From assembly GCF_000981445.1 (NCBI RefSeq), contig NC_027218.1, forward strand, positions 2,170,001-2,234,000: a stretch of 64,000 nt of DNA. Direction: 5' to 3'. Both the position numbers and the translations under genes were made by a program. Below are positions 33,551 to 45,800 of this stretch, piece by piece. Numbering within the stretch: the stretch's first letter is position 1; the number at the start of each line of letters is the position of its first letter. The notes below the pieces were generated by a model that saw only the letters and a list, made by a program, of their open reading frames with translations, ran no database searches and was not told the origin of the DNA. The DNA is from Babesia bigemina. Lineage: Eukaryota.

Positions 33551-35336
33551 ATGTCTGACATAGACATGGGATACGATCATCCACCACCACCACCACCCAA
33601 GCGTCCAGCCACTCGACGTAATAAGCCCGCCCACTTCCGCCATCGATCTCAACATAGAACCGTTTGACGCTGCTCCTCATTCAATTACCGAAGACTTTGA
33701 CCAGAAGACTATCAAACAACCGGACATTGAATTATGCCTTGCTCCCTGGGCTACCTCAAAACCCGCGCATGACTCTACCGCCACCCCCGAGACGGAGCTG
33801 TTCCCCGCCGAGGCCCCTCGCACTTTCCGGGATATGCTTCAGTGGCTGGCGGGGCTTAAGAACCAAAAGCATCATGGCACTCTCAGACAGTGTGTTGTAA
33901 AGGCATTTGGTGTTCCGCATAGTGACCCTTCACAACTTGCAATATTCATCAACCATGCCAAAATCACACCCACAGATTTATTCGACATACTCCAACTTAC
34001 CGCCATGTTTGCTGGATCCGTGCTCTTCGCCATCGCACCTAACTGGAAAGCAAATGTGTCATCAAGCACTGTAAAGCCTAAGTCATCTGACCAATCCGAG
34101 GAGCCTGATTGCTGCGCCCTCCTATGCCAGCTGCGGGACTACGCCTACGCCTGCCACTACCAGTTGCAGTTCCTCAAGTCGCAGTGTAATAGGGACAAAC
34201 TAAGTGGTGGTTGGCAGGATTGCCACTACGGCAGCGATATCACTTCTCCCAACTCCCCCCTCCAGGCGTTCCTGACCGACGGCTGGGACTCCACCTTCAA
34301 GACTCATCCCTTCGACCCGTGCAACTTCTGCCTCAAGAGCCGTATCAGGATGGGATTCAGGGATGGAGACTTACCGAGTAGTCAACAAACTGGCGCCACC
34401 CTTTCCACCATCCTCACTCCCAGCTGCGGCGGTGATGACCCCTTGCTGACCTTGTGCTCCTACCTCAATTGCCTCACCAGGCGGACGCCGCGCACAACCG
34501 GGGAGCTTGTGTCGTTCTTCCATAATTTTGGTGTCGAGTTGCACGATTATGGTCAAAAGATGTTGTCTTCACTGGGCCTTTCACTCACCAAGTCACATCC
34601 CAACTGCCCCGACTGGGACCGTCTTGGTGACTCCGACCTTGGAGCTGTCCGTGACATCCGAGGGTCCGAGACTCTCACCACCAATCACAACCACAACTAT
34701 GACCATCCCCGTACCCTGTCCACACTGGTTGGCTGCGGCGATGACTCCTCCAACTGCCCTCCGAACTGCTCGCCCATCACCTACCGGGCCTACGCCCTGT
34801 ACTCCCAGAGCTTCGCCCACACCTACCTTAGCTGGGCGGTGTACCTGCCGGACAGACTGTGGGAGTCACTTCAAACATTGCACTATGAACTCAATAAGCA
34901 CGACAGCAGCAAGTGCACATCCCTCTACCTGTGTTCCACTGCGCTGCCCCTCCTCTACACTCACGGGTTCACGCCGCCGGAGGGCACATCGCAGTTACCA
35001 CTCAAGTGTTCAGATGTCATTGTCAAGCTGCAGGAAATTGTCAACGGTGGGCCTATCGCAACCCTCCTGACCGCCATGGACAATTTCCTCTACGGCATCC
35101 GGGAGCCATTCATCTTCACCCTCGTCGCACTGTGGTCCACCGCATTGCTGGTCCTCGCCAACACGATGCTATATCGCCTGGACGTGCTCCACATCCGCTC
35201 GCACCTTATTCGCACCAAGGCTTCCCACCACATCGACGTCAAGGCCTTACTCACGAAAGGCCGCAAAATGCTCTCACTTTACAAGGACGTCGACTACTTC
35301 GACGAGGACCCCATTAATCAACTTGTTATTCGATAA
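33551..35336 (+). pseudogene. 5'-truncated ves-related fragment with an intact C-terminal domain, TM and tail
   Basis: Homology starts near 33551 (SDIDMGYDHPPPP), with a frameshift in the (CCA)n run. Open from ~33597 to 35336, ending LYRLDVLHIRSHL…DEDPINQLVIR. Confidence 0.78.
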
Positions 35337-36099
35337 TCATTACCTCATTAATGTAGTCACTATTTGCCGTGTGATGGATCGCACTACAGCACTAGTGGTT
35401 AGTTGTGTTAGGGTAGCATCTATGGCACCAAGGTGTGACAAAAGTGGCTACTTCCACGCATAATCAGAGTCATGTATTTCACTTAGAATATGATTCAGTT
35501 TGTGATTTGAGTTTTGCATAATCCTCAACATATCTTTGCATAGTCCCACCCCGTCAGTGTAATGTGGTACTCGGCTTATCGGCCACCAACGTAGGCAGCT
35601 CTGACAACCGTGCTAGGTGAGTTACTATATTGTTGCTGGGTCACTACGATCAGTGCCAGCAATGCGCCTCACTAGACAATTTATGTCACCGCGCCTCTCC
35701 TACGTGATGGCCACTGGAAGGCGCGGTTACGTGGCATTGACGGTAACAGGGTAAATGAGAAGCATGCTGATGAGGCAGTGAAGCTCAGTAAGGCACTCAT
35801 TAAAATATCAATGCGATGACCTTTAGAATGGGCGTTCACAAATTGGTCGGCCTGTGTTGGATGGAGGAGACTGATCACCTGGTACCGGATGACCTGCATG
35901 TCACTGCTAGGATACCACCAACATGCGTTAACTTTGTGGTATTTCAGTTGTAATAGCTGCATAGTCGTGATGTGACTGGCTGTGCGCTGGATGGCGGTCA
36001 CCGGGTTGGTTGGGAGCGCCGATAGAAACGGCGTCAGTCTCCGAAACTGAGGTACGTGGTTCATGGTTGCGTAGGTTGAGGGGATGGAAGAGGGGGGAA

Positions 36100-36534
36100 A
36101 TGGCTGGACTCCTGTGTAGTTGCGTTTCTCGTTGTTACTTGTACGAGGACTGTGTTTGCTGTCCCTGGTGTTGTGACGGATGTAGTGGTAGAGATCAGTG
36201 CAGATCATGCATGGCATTCAACAGCGAGCGCAGAAGCAACAAGGAATGCCTGTCGTCAGGATGTAATACTCAATGTGAAGGCAAAGAAGACAAATGTCAA
36301 TGTAAGTGTTGTGAAAAGAAACGTCCACCGCAGCCAAGCGCTTCTGCATCACAGTCCACTACGATGGCACACTCCGGTGAAAATGATTCCCCCCCTGTCA
36401 TCCCCATCGTCATAGTCTGCATCCCTATCATCTCGACCGTCATCTGCGTCATGGTCTACTTTCGCATCCGGCCGTTCCACAAGGTCCGCGATTTCTGCGC
36501 CCGCAAAATGAACGGTTTACATCGCACTCATTAA
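36100..36534 (+). CDS. Small Cys-rich protein with C-terminal TM, 144 aa
   Basis: CVCCPWCCDGC, CQCKCCEKKR, TM VIPIVIVCIPIISTVICVMVYF, then RIRPFHKVRDF. Leader GGTTGAGGGGA…GGGAAATGG. Confidence 0.75.
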   Translation: MAGLLCSCVSRCYLYEDCVCCPWCCDGCSGRDQCRSCMAFNSERRSNKECLSSGCNTQCEGKEDKCQCKCCEKKRPPQPSASASQSTTMAHSGENDSPPVIPIVIVCIPIISTVICVMVYFRIRPFHKVRDFCARKMNGLHRTH

Positions 36535-37772
36535 TCAATATTAGCAATTTCGATTATCGCAAACAACGCACAGTATTGTTGATCAGCTGTGCACTTTTGA
36601 TCTAATGACGTGTTGTTTCATGTTTCATACTCCTGCATCTGAGGGTACCCGGAGACGTTCACGAATTATATCTAGGATTAGAATCGACTTTGCACTGGAA
36701 TTTCAAACGGTAGTGATCAAGGTAACCTCTTTTAAATATTGATATGAAATTTATTTGGACATAATGTCTGCTCGTACCTTGTTTTTTAATACGGCGATAC
36801 CGCTCTTGTGCCTCGCAACCTCACTCAACAGAGGACTGTCAATGTCAGTCAACATCTCGCCTTCCTTTTACAGATCAACTACCTGAGTAATAGCTTTGTC
36901 ATATTTTTAACAGTATTGTCGTCACGTGTATGCTTCTCAGCGAATCACTGGTACGCTCGCACAGCACCATACAGCCCATCGATGGCGTGTATCATTCCCT
37001 GCAGCGAGTGGCTCTCGGGACAGGCCAGGGCAATTATTTGAGTAGCTTGCATACCTGAGTGACACCTCTCTGCTTGGAGAACTGCGCATAATGAGGCCAA
37101 TGATAGACGCTGAAATAGCCGTTTGTGAGATTCGACAATGGGACTATAAGGGAGGGATGGATACCTATGGACATCAGTCTGTGACCTAACATCAACCAAA
37201 TACTGTATTAGTGGGAGTGTAATAATGTATGATTAGGCGCACTGATCTGATGCTTGCTCGTGTGTGTTCAATCTAATTGTCACAAATGCTTACAGGAACA
37301 TGGTGATGAGGGGTGTCGACGGGTTAGACTCAGAGGGTATCAATGGTACGGGAAATTTTCAAATTAACTTAGGCGTATATTGCATATGACTTACGTTGAA
37401 AAATAAATTGATTGACACTAATATTTTGAAATGGGACTCCACAGGTACACACAGGCGCTATGTGGGCTGAGTCCGGATGGGAATGTGAAGGGAAACAACA
37501 AGGCCAACGGATCAACATGACAGATGCGTGGCGTGAAAATGACATACATTGCAGACAACAAAACCCTAAGGCTGCTAGGAGTCTGGAGCGCCAAAGAGCG
37601 GCTATGACAGCGCAACTTAGTACAACAGCAACAGCCGTTGGTCAATTTAGGTTAACATGGCGACTCACTCAAGCACCATTGGTGATACTAAGGCGGTACT
37701 AAGATAGCATTACCGTGTGTTGCTACTACAGTGCCATGATACAGTTGTTGCGATATTAAAACACTACGTCTT

Positions 37773-38882
37773 CTACGCCAAGCCAGTGTATGTCCTTGCA
37801 CGGAAGGCGGGGTAGCGGTCAATGCCCACCTCCACGGGAATTCTGTCACCGACGAGATTATTGAGCGATCTGCCGGAATGCACAGACGTGATGGGAAATG
37901 AGGCGCGGATTTTAGCCATAATCGCGTGGAACTTCTCGGGAAATATGGCCCGCATCACAAACAAGGATGCTACAATAATCAAACCGATGACTATGACACG
38001 TATCCATATCATGCATCTATCTTGGTCGCACAGCCTGCCGCAGTTGGTGCAGGGGAAGCGGCATTGCCCAATGCCGTAGAAGATTATATTGCACTCGCTG
38101 ATGTTGCATCCTTTGCCGCCGGCTTCGTGGTCCTTACAGTAGTACTTGCCAAAGGCGTTGCAGTTGCATTTGCATTCACAACCGCAGCCACCATTGGAAT
38201 GTTTGCTGCATAGACGGGATGTGCCGTCTTTTTTGGCTTTGGCGCATAGGATTCTGGGGCATTGTTTTTCACACTTGCATTTACATTCGCATAGGCCTTC
38301 GCGCTCTACCATACCCATTTCTTTGCACATGCATGTGACTTCGGAGCAACTGCCAGGACTTTGTTTGCACTTGCCTTTGGGGCAATTGGTGCCGTGTATT
38401 TCCTCGCTGTTGCAGTCTCCGTTTTTCCCACATGTGGTGTCGGGATTACACCATCTGCAGCACTGACAATTCACGCCGTTGCATCCACAGTTACAGAGGT
38501 AGCACATGCAGTCTTCACCCGGTTTTAGCTTTGTGCATCTTATCTGGCAATTCTTACACTTATCACGTGTGATTTCGTAGCATGGCTTGTTCTGCATGAA
38601 AGCATTTTCACATCCACAGGTACATATACTACATATACATTTACCGCCCTGTTCTACAGTTTTGCACACTACTATACACAGCGGACAACCGGAATCCTTG
38701 CACTGCTTGCCTTCCTTAATAGCCGACTTACATCCGCAGTTACAATCATTACATTGACATTCCTGCTTTTCTTTGCACTTCTTTATCTCGCAACGTTTGC
38801 ATCCTTTAGGACAGCAAGATTTTCTCTGTACTACAAAACACGGTTGATCACATCCACAGCACATCTCCTTCGCTGCTGCCAT
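37773..38882 (-). CDS. Long, very Cys/Lys-rich protein (~369 aa) with C-terminal TM
   Basis: Repeated CxC/CxxC/CxCxC clusters across ~290 aa, then hydrophobic IWIRVIVIGLIIVASLFVM. Start is uncertain (ATGs at 38897, 38894 and 38882). Confidence 0.75.
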   Translation of the reverse strand: MAAAKEMCCGCDQPCFVVQRKSCCPKGCKRCEIKKCKEKQECQCNDCNCGCKSAIKEGKQCKDSGCPLCIVVCKTVEQGGKCICSICTCGCENAFMQNKPCYEITRDKCKNCQIRCTKLKPGEDCMCYLCNCGCNGVNCQCCRWCNPDTTCGKNGDCNSEEIHGTNCPKGKCKQSPGSCSEVTCMCKEMGMVEREGLCECKCKCEKQCPRILCAKAKKDGTSRLCSKHSNGGCGCECKCNCNAFGKYYCKDHEAGGKGCNISECNIIFYGIGQCRFPCTNCGRLCDQDRCMIWIRVIVIGLIIVASLFVMRAIFPEKFHAIMAKIRASFPITSVHSGRSLNNLVGDRIPVEVGIDRYPAFRARTYTGLA

Positions 38883-40783
38883 CCTCCCCTCCATCATTAA
38901 CACGCCACCCGAGGCAACAGACGATATATCTCAAGGCTCCGTCATAGTTTAAAAAGTAGCGTTTACGGAGCTTATAGCCACACATGCAAGGCGCTGTGCA
39001 TCCATCTGCACATGCAAACTTGAACGCAATCCCAGAGCAGTGATACCATGAGCATCCGCACCCACTAGGTGCATTGGCGGCATCAGTTGCCTAAGTGATG
39101 ACATAGTCATCGTAGTCGAATATTGTTTTTATAGTTATGTGGGCCGCATCTCATCCAGATCACGTCACAGTACTTCATCACCGTCTACTCCACGGCACTA
39201 CCATGGCAGCATGTGGCAACGCATCTAATCGCATCTACTGTTGAGTTCATTACTATCGCCCTGACATATCCAAATAAGATGCCAGTTATTATTTACGTAC
39301 ATATTTTAAAAGCCAGATGTTCCTCGTGCTCCAATCGTCTGAAATGGTGGGCAACGTTCGTAGGTGCCAATGCAACACCTGCGGTGAACGATGGCACGTC
39401 AGACCTGCGCTGCTGTCAGAGTGATCACACGAAACAGATGACCGCAGTTGTCCACAATGGCTAATTCGTACTTACCGATTACTAAACCTGTATTCACTTT
39501 ATTCTTAGTAACCCGCCGTCTCTCGCCAGTGCATCACCAGTTAACGCACACGGCTAAATGTAACTGTGGCAGCAACGTTCTGCATTAACGCTGTTAGCAT
39601 CATCTACCTCATTAAGCTCGTGTGACGCACGGAACGGAGGGCGTTGGAAGTTACGATTTTAAGTTTCTACCTAACATATCAGGGCACTGAATATACAGTA
39701 GAGAAATAATGCCTATGTAATGGCCGGAGTAGAGTTGGGTTGGGTCTATGCCCTCCCACTCTGCCAAGAATAGTCGGAGTGGCATTACAACTAACAACTT
39801 CAGTACTTCTGCGTAATAACTACCCAACGTAATCACGTTCCGTCTGCCAGATATATTTTATTGCGGTACCGAGGGTCGACATCCACCAACGGCTACCATC
39901 TCCAGGGTTGGTTCGTCATTGCTTGGCGGGATGGCATTGTGTGATCATGGTATAGTAGAGACATGTACATGATGCAAGCAAACATATAAATGCGCTGCCA
40001 CATGTAGAGGTCTAAGAGCCTCCTTTTCTATAGCCTCCATTGCGCTCCTAGTCATCATTTTCATTATGATTGACGGATTGTGGATTATGCGTCTTAAAGA
40101 CACACAGAGGATGGTGCTTGAAATAAGAAGTTTGAGAACGGATGCGAAATCTGCGCCTCACGCACCGCCTATCTTTCTGCTCTCGTATAGCCTCACCAAC
40201 CTAGCAAATATTTAGGTTATGGAGATTCACTGAGATGGCATCGTGTTGATCAATTCGTTAGGGTTGGTGACTTAATCTCAAGTCACCAAGGTGAAACTGA
40301 TCCGATGGCAATCCGTGCCGTCACCTGATGAGTGATGCACCATGTGATGTGGTGGGCCATCTGTTAGGTTAGCAAGTGGCATGTGAGTGAGAGGTGCTGT
40401 ATAGTGGCGTGCTTAGCGGCAGCACTGTGCCGATCTGGAACATTAAGCACGCAATTCAGGTCAGCTAGTCATGTATCAGAATGACCAGTGTAGAACAGAG
40501 CAGACGTTTGGCAGACTCGGCGCTTCTCGTAGACACTACATTGTTAGTTGCCGTATTACTTAATCACTATCAAGACATGTAGTATTATCGCATGCGGGAT
40601 GGTATGTTCGTAGTATGCCAGCGTTGTGATGCCTAGATTTACGGTAGCCCAAGCACAACGTGGATGGCATGGTAGGGGTGGGGGTATAAGCATTCTGTAT
40701 CTTCAGTTGGCGGAGAGTGTTACAGTCTTCAGGTACGTGATTCATTGCCGTGCAGAGCTCTTTATTAAGTAGTCTTAGCAAGT

Positions 40784-40993
40784 ATGACGAAGCCATGCAT
40801 GTTTGGGCATACAAATTGCTCAAACAAAACTGTTGAGGCGGTGGGAGTTGGCATTGGCATCGGCTTTATTGTATTCCCCGCCCTTCTCGTCTTGGTCCTT
40901 TACATCATGGGTAGACTATACAACGTAAGCCTCGGAGAGATATTTGGCCAAATACGCGATGGGTTCCGTGATTCCAAGCCCAAACTCCAATAA
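40784..40993 (+). CDS. 69-aa single-TM microprotein (paralog of 30151..30372)
   Basis: …GVGIGIGFIVFPALLVLVLYIMGRLYNVSLGEIFGQIRDGFRDSKPKLQ. Confidence 0.6.
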   Translation: MTKPCMFGHTNCSNKTVEAVGVGIGIGFIVFPALLVLVLYIMGRLYNVSLGEIFGQIRDGFRDSKPKLQ

Positions 40994-41922
40994 TCTCTTC
41001 TAGCGTCACGCAGTCCAGATATAATCCTCTAGTACTGTCACCTGCCATATCAATATAATAGTACCAACTGTATGTATATTTCTGCGTCGCATGGCGAAAA
41101 CCATGCCACAACGTTCTCCAATACGCATCCAGCGCCACTATGTCTGCGCTCCGAAACCCCACTCACGCTAATATCCTGTAAACATAGCTTCTTTACTACG
41201 TAAAAACATACAATATCAATACGTTTTATATAACTGAATGGGAATGCCCTACAATTACCCCAAAAGGCACTGACGCCAGTATATACGGGATGAAAACGTA
41301 ATTAACAATGCCCTGTGTTTATTCCGTGTACAGTTCTTCGGCCACTTAGTAGCCATGTGGTTTCAGTTGCAACCGTATTTTCACCTTATACATTTGTTTT
41401 AAAAATGACGTCGGTTGCATGTTTGTGTCCTGCACAGTCACGGTTTGTGCTTCTGTCTACAGGCTGAAAATCCCGCTTGCTAGGTATAGTGATGATGCCT
41501 CGAAACCCAGTTCGGTCACTTACTTTTGCACCAAAACACATTAAGCGTTTATTTTACGTATAATATGTTTTATAACCATTTGTTTGGGGTCATACTTGGG
41601 CCCTCTGACGTATTTTTCCATCGTGCCCTCTGTACCAAATTCGACTGCGTATGTTCCTTCTGGACGCGTATATAGGTGGTATGAAGTTTTAAGGCACAAC
41701 ATCCGTGAATGTAAGCGTTATTTGCGGCGTGTGAAACTCAGACAATAACTTATCAGTACATCATCGACGGGGTACCTGGTCCACCACCCCCAGCTTGTAA
41801 ACAAATGTGCCCGGGAGCACCTCCTCCTTTGTTTCGTGGCTGCTAGCAAATTTACATAGTGTTCTGCATCACCCTATTCCACATATAATAGCAGTACAAC
41901 CTTATGTGACTTGTGTGATAAT

Positions 41923-42045
41923 AGGTTGCCGGCGCCGAAAGGGGTTCCCGGGCGGTCCCCCACCCCAGTACTAACCCGGCCTAGCGCCGCTTGACTTCGG
42001 AGTTCGGATGGGATCCGGTATTTTCGACGCAGTATGGCCGGCAAC
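41923..42045 (-). rRNA. 5S rRNA
   Basis: Reverse complement GTTGCCGGCCATAC…GATCCCATCCGAACTCCGAAGTCAAGC…TTAGTACTGGGGTGGGGGACCGCCCGGGAA…CCGGCAAC. Terminal helix I pairs, and box A/C-like motifs are present. Confidence 0.95.
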
Positions 42046-42865
42046 ACAGAAACAGGCATTTACACTAACAGAATCACTAATGTAATCTTATACAGCACAC
42101 AGAACGCAAGTCCGAAGGGGCATGAAGCCATTAACATTGCAACAATTACATTATTATATGTTACATATCACTAATAACACCACGCAAGTGTTATGTGCAG
42201 CAGTTCCAGAGAACCTTTTGTAGGCAAGCGCCAAGCAGCGGAATGTAGTTCTTGGAATGGAGTATTAATCACGATATCGTCCCAAGGCAAAAAAATTATT
42301 TGTCAACATAGGTTTTACATGACGGCAAAACTTCTACCGTATTTCAGAAGCTGTTTCATCGCTACCTGATCTTACACTCGCGCGAATAATCACGGATGTT
42401 ACTTTTCCTACACACAGCTATCATACGTTGATATTTATTGAACCATCATGACGTTGTTACGCCATCTAGGTCGCTCATTAACTTAGGGAGCTCAAATGCG
42501 TGTGGATGTGAATGCTTTTTACAAGGAATCAAAAGAGCCTCCTGGCACCGTTGTTGTTCCACTGTGCACTAAGTAGTCACGGTGTCACACACACATGAAT
42601 CCGACGGATAATTTTGTGGAATTATATTATTGATATCGACCGAACTAATGGGGACAAAACACCGCCGCTGACTGTAATGTGACGTCCTTCGATTATTAAT
42701 GTAGTTTGTGAGATGGTTGGAAAAGCGGGCGGGTGAAAATCCATATTTTAAATCGTCTATTATGACTTTCTTTAACCAGCGGTTGTAATGGGCGTATGTG
42801 TGTCATCCCAGCTGCAGCGAGGCTACCACAGGTTAGACTTAAAATCTCCAGATGTGGTTCGCTGA

Positions 42866-45800
42866 ATGATGCAGCGCTCTACGGATAAGCCGCGCCTTAG
42901 CGATAATGAGATAACCGCCGCTTATAATAGCGAAAGCAAGGACTATGTTGGTCGAGAATACCCACCGTCGCCCAAAACCTACGATGACCGGGGCTTGCTG
43001 AGATTCGTTTTCATTGGCTGGGCAAAATCATGGGTGAACTACATCTGCACTCATTTTGTCACCCCGGAGACTGTGCACCGGCTCCCGAAAGCCGACCAGA
43101 TCTCGTACTGGCAGCCGATACTGTCGAAACACATCAGCGACGGACTGCTCAGATTGGAGAAGGCTGAGTCGGATGCGGTACTAAAGAACGATGCCTCTAA
43201 GAGGACAACGCCATATCGCAGCGTACTTCTTCGTGCAATCCTGCTCACCTTCTGGCGGCGCATAGTGCTGACGCTGTTGTTGATGATGCTGATGAGCATA
43301 ACCACCGTTGGGACCGTCGTGCTTCTGAAGCATCTGCTGAAAACATTATCTCAGAAGGATCAAGTATGGGGTAATATTGTCGGAGTTGTATTATCGATAG
43401 TAGGTGTCGAGGTATTAAGCACTTTTCTTGACCAGCACACGAACTTGTACAACATGCGTCTGCAAAATGTCATGGAAGTGGCAATATCGCTCACGCTTTT
43501 CCAGCATGGTTTGTGCCATCGCAAGGACTATACAAACGCGATGCAGCGCTGCGCCGTTCGTGAGGGGTGCAAAGGCGCTGTTCATTCGTGGCCACCGGTG
43601 AATGACAGTTGTTGCGAAGACCCCCTCGTATGCCCGGCCCGACGTCACAAAAACAACGAGCTCCCACCAAGCATGTACACGTTCCTATTCGTCGACACAT
43701 ATTTCATAATATCTCTCGTGGACGCCACCGTGATGCTTATGCGCTTCGCGTGCAACATGACTCTGGGCATGGTTCTCATATACACCCAAACAGGCATGAG
43801 CGTCCTATGGCCCATGCTTGTTATCGTCGGCATCACGCTTCTCATGGTGCTTGTGGAAGCTGTGAACGGGCTCAACATATCGCACGCTCTCCAATCAAAG
43901 GACGAACGTATTTCAAAAAGTTCGGAAATTATCGGCTCCATGAAGTTGTTGGAGATGATGGGCATCGAAGATGTCGGGTATGAGATAATGAAAAACAGCC
44001 GTGATGATGAGCTGTCGGTGCTGCAAACTCGTTTAACGTTTTTCTCGATCAACAGGTCCTTAATGCGGGTGATAGGTACTGTTGTCTACCTGGTTGTTAT
44101 CATTGATTTCATAAGGAAGTTGAAGATAGCCCCAAACGACAGCAGTTTTGACATATCTGCGCCGATCACCTTGCTTCACATAGTTAGCACCATCGTTGGA
44201 TCCTTCGACCACCTGCTAAAAAGTTTGAAGATGGTCGTGGAAGGGGTGGCATCCATGCGCAGAGTGGAGAGGTTCATTCGCGAGTGCTCTCCTAACTTCT
44301 ATGCGACGAGACCGGAGGCTCATTCTGACACACTGGAGAATGAGTTGACAGTACATGACCCAAGAGGAGATTCGACAATGCATTACTACACATTAGTGCT
44401 GTTTAAGAATGCTTCTTTCAGTTGGCTTGCCAGCAGGCAAGATGCACTGACTCCAAAGGATACGGATTCTTTTGTGCTTGCCAATATTACCTTCGAGCTG
44501 GAGCGTGGCGATGTGAAGATCATCACCGGCAACCAGGGTTGTGGTAAAACTAGCTTCATCAAAGCGATGCTGGGCGAGATGAGTCTGGTGTCGGGTAGCA
44601 TGGCGGTTGCTCCGCTGTCAACGGGTATGCCCATTTTCTACACATCGCAGGAGGTGTGGCTGCCGAGCGGTAGCATCCGTTCGATCATCACGTTCGGGTA
44701 CGCGTTCGACGAGGACATCTACCGTCAGGTGACGTGTGCGGTTGAGCTGGAGTCTGACTTTGCTTCTTGGGAGGATGGCGACATGCGTGTGATCTCCGAG
44801 AAGGGCTATTCGCTGAGCGGCGGCCAGCGCGTGAGGCTGAGTCTGGCGCGTGCTCTCTACGCGTACTTGATATTCAGCAAGGCCAACGAACGCTTGGTCG
44901 GCGACCGGTGCTGCTTCTTGGTATGCCTGGACGAGCCTTTCAACGGGTTGGATCCGGCCGTCGCAGGCACCATATTCAACAACCTCTTCAACAAGGAGAC
45001 GGGCTTGCTCGTAAGGGATGACGTCGCCGTAGTCATGGCAATGTCACCTGTGACTATTTCCATATGCACTTCACTCGACATATTAGATAACCTGGTAGAA
45101 ATCCATGTCCACAACATTACTGGAGGCCAGGTATCCATAATGGATTTCATGGGGAAACAGCCACCAGGCGGAATCAAGCCTCACGTCGGCCCATATGAGG
45201 ACAAAATATCAGAGTTAGAAAACAAAGGCCCTTACAACAGTTTTGCAACCTTAAGAAAGAGTAATTTGATGGATTCGAAGCAATACGGTTTTGTGAAGGG
45301 CATACAGACACGTAGAGCAGAAGAAGACCATGAAATGCACAATTCGCCAGGGGACGTGGAGGCCCAGAACAAAAAATGTCTAACAGGTCCTGCATATGGG
45401 ACTTACATTTCTGCAATGGGCATATGGTACAGTGTTGCAGTTTCAGTGCTGTTAACTTCGGGGGTTGCTTTAGACAAGGTTTTCGGAGTTCTCGTGGCCC
45501 GCTGGTCAGACCTCGTCAAGAGGTTGGAAAACCAGGAAGGCGATGACATACTGAAGGCGAATCAAATAATGAGCGAACACGAAGAGACTGCGCGAAAAAT
45601 GGGAATCCTGGCCACAATTTTCATCATTCTCATCTTTGCGGGGATGTTCACCGCCATATTTGCGAACATCCGCGCATCCAGGAGGATACACGAATACATC
45701 ATGAATTCTCTGTTTAACAAGTCTTCCACCGAGGCTAAAGTGAAGGGTTCGTTGGCAACTACAGTGACGTTTCTGTCATCAGATATATATTACATAGATG

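Noticed and set aside
38950..40750. Possible genes or ncRNA in this intergenic stretch
   Set aside because: Only short ORFs without motifs or paralogs, and no structure I can support by eye.
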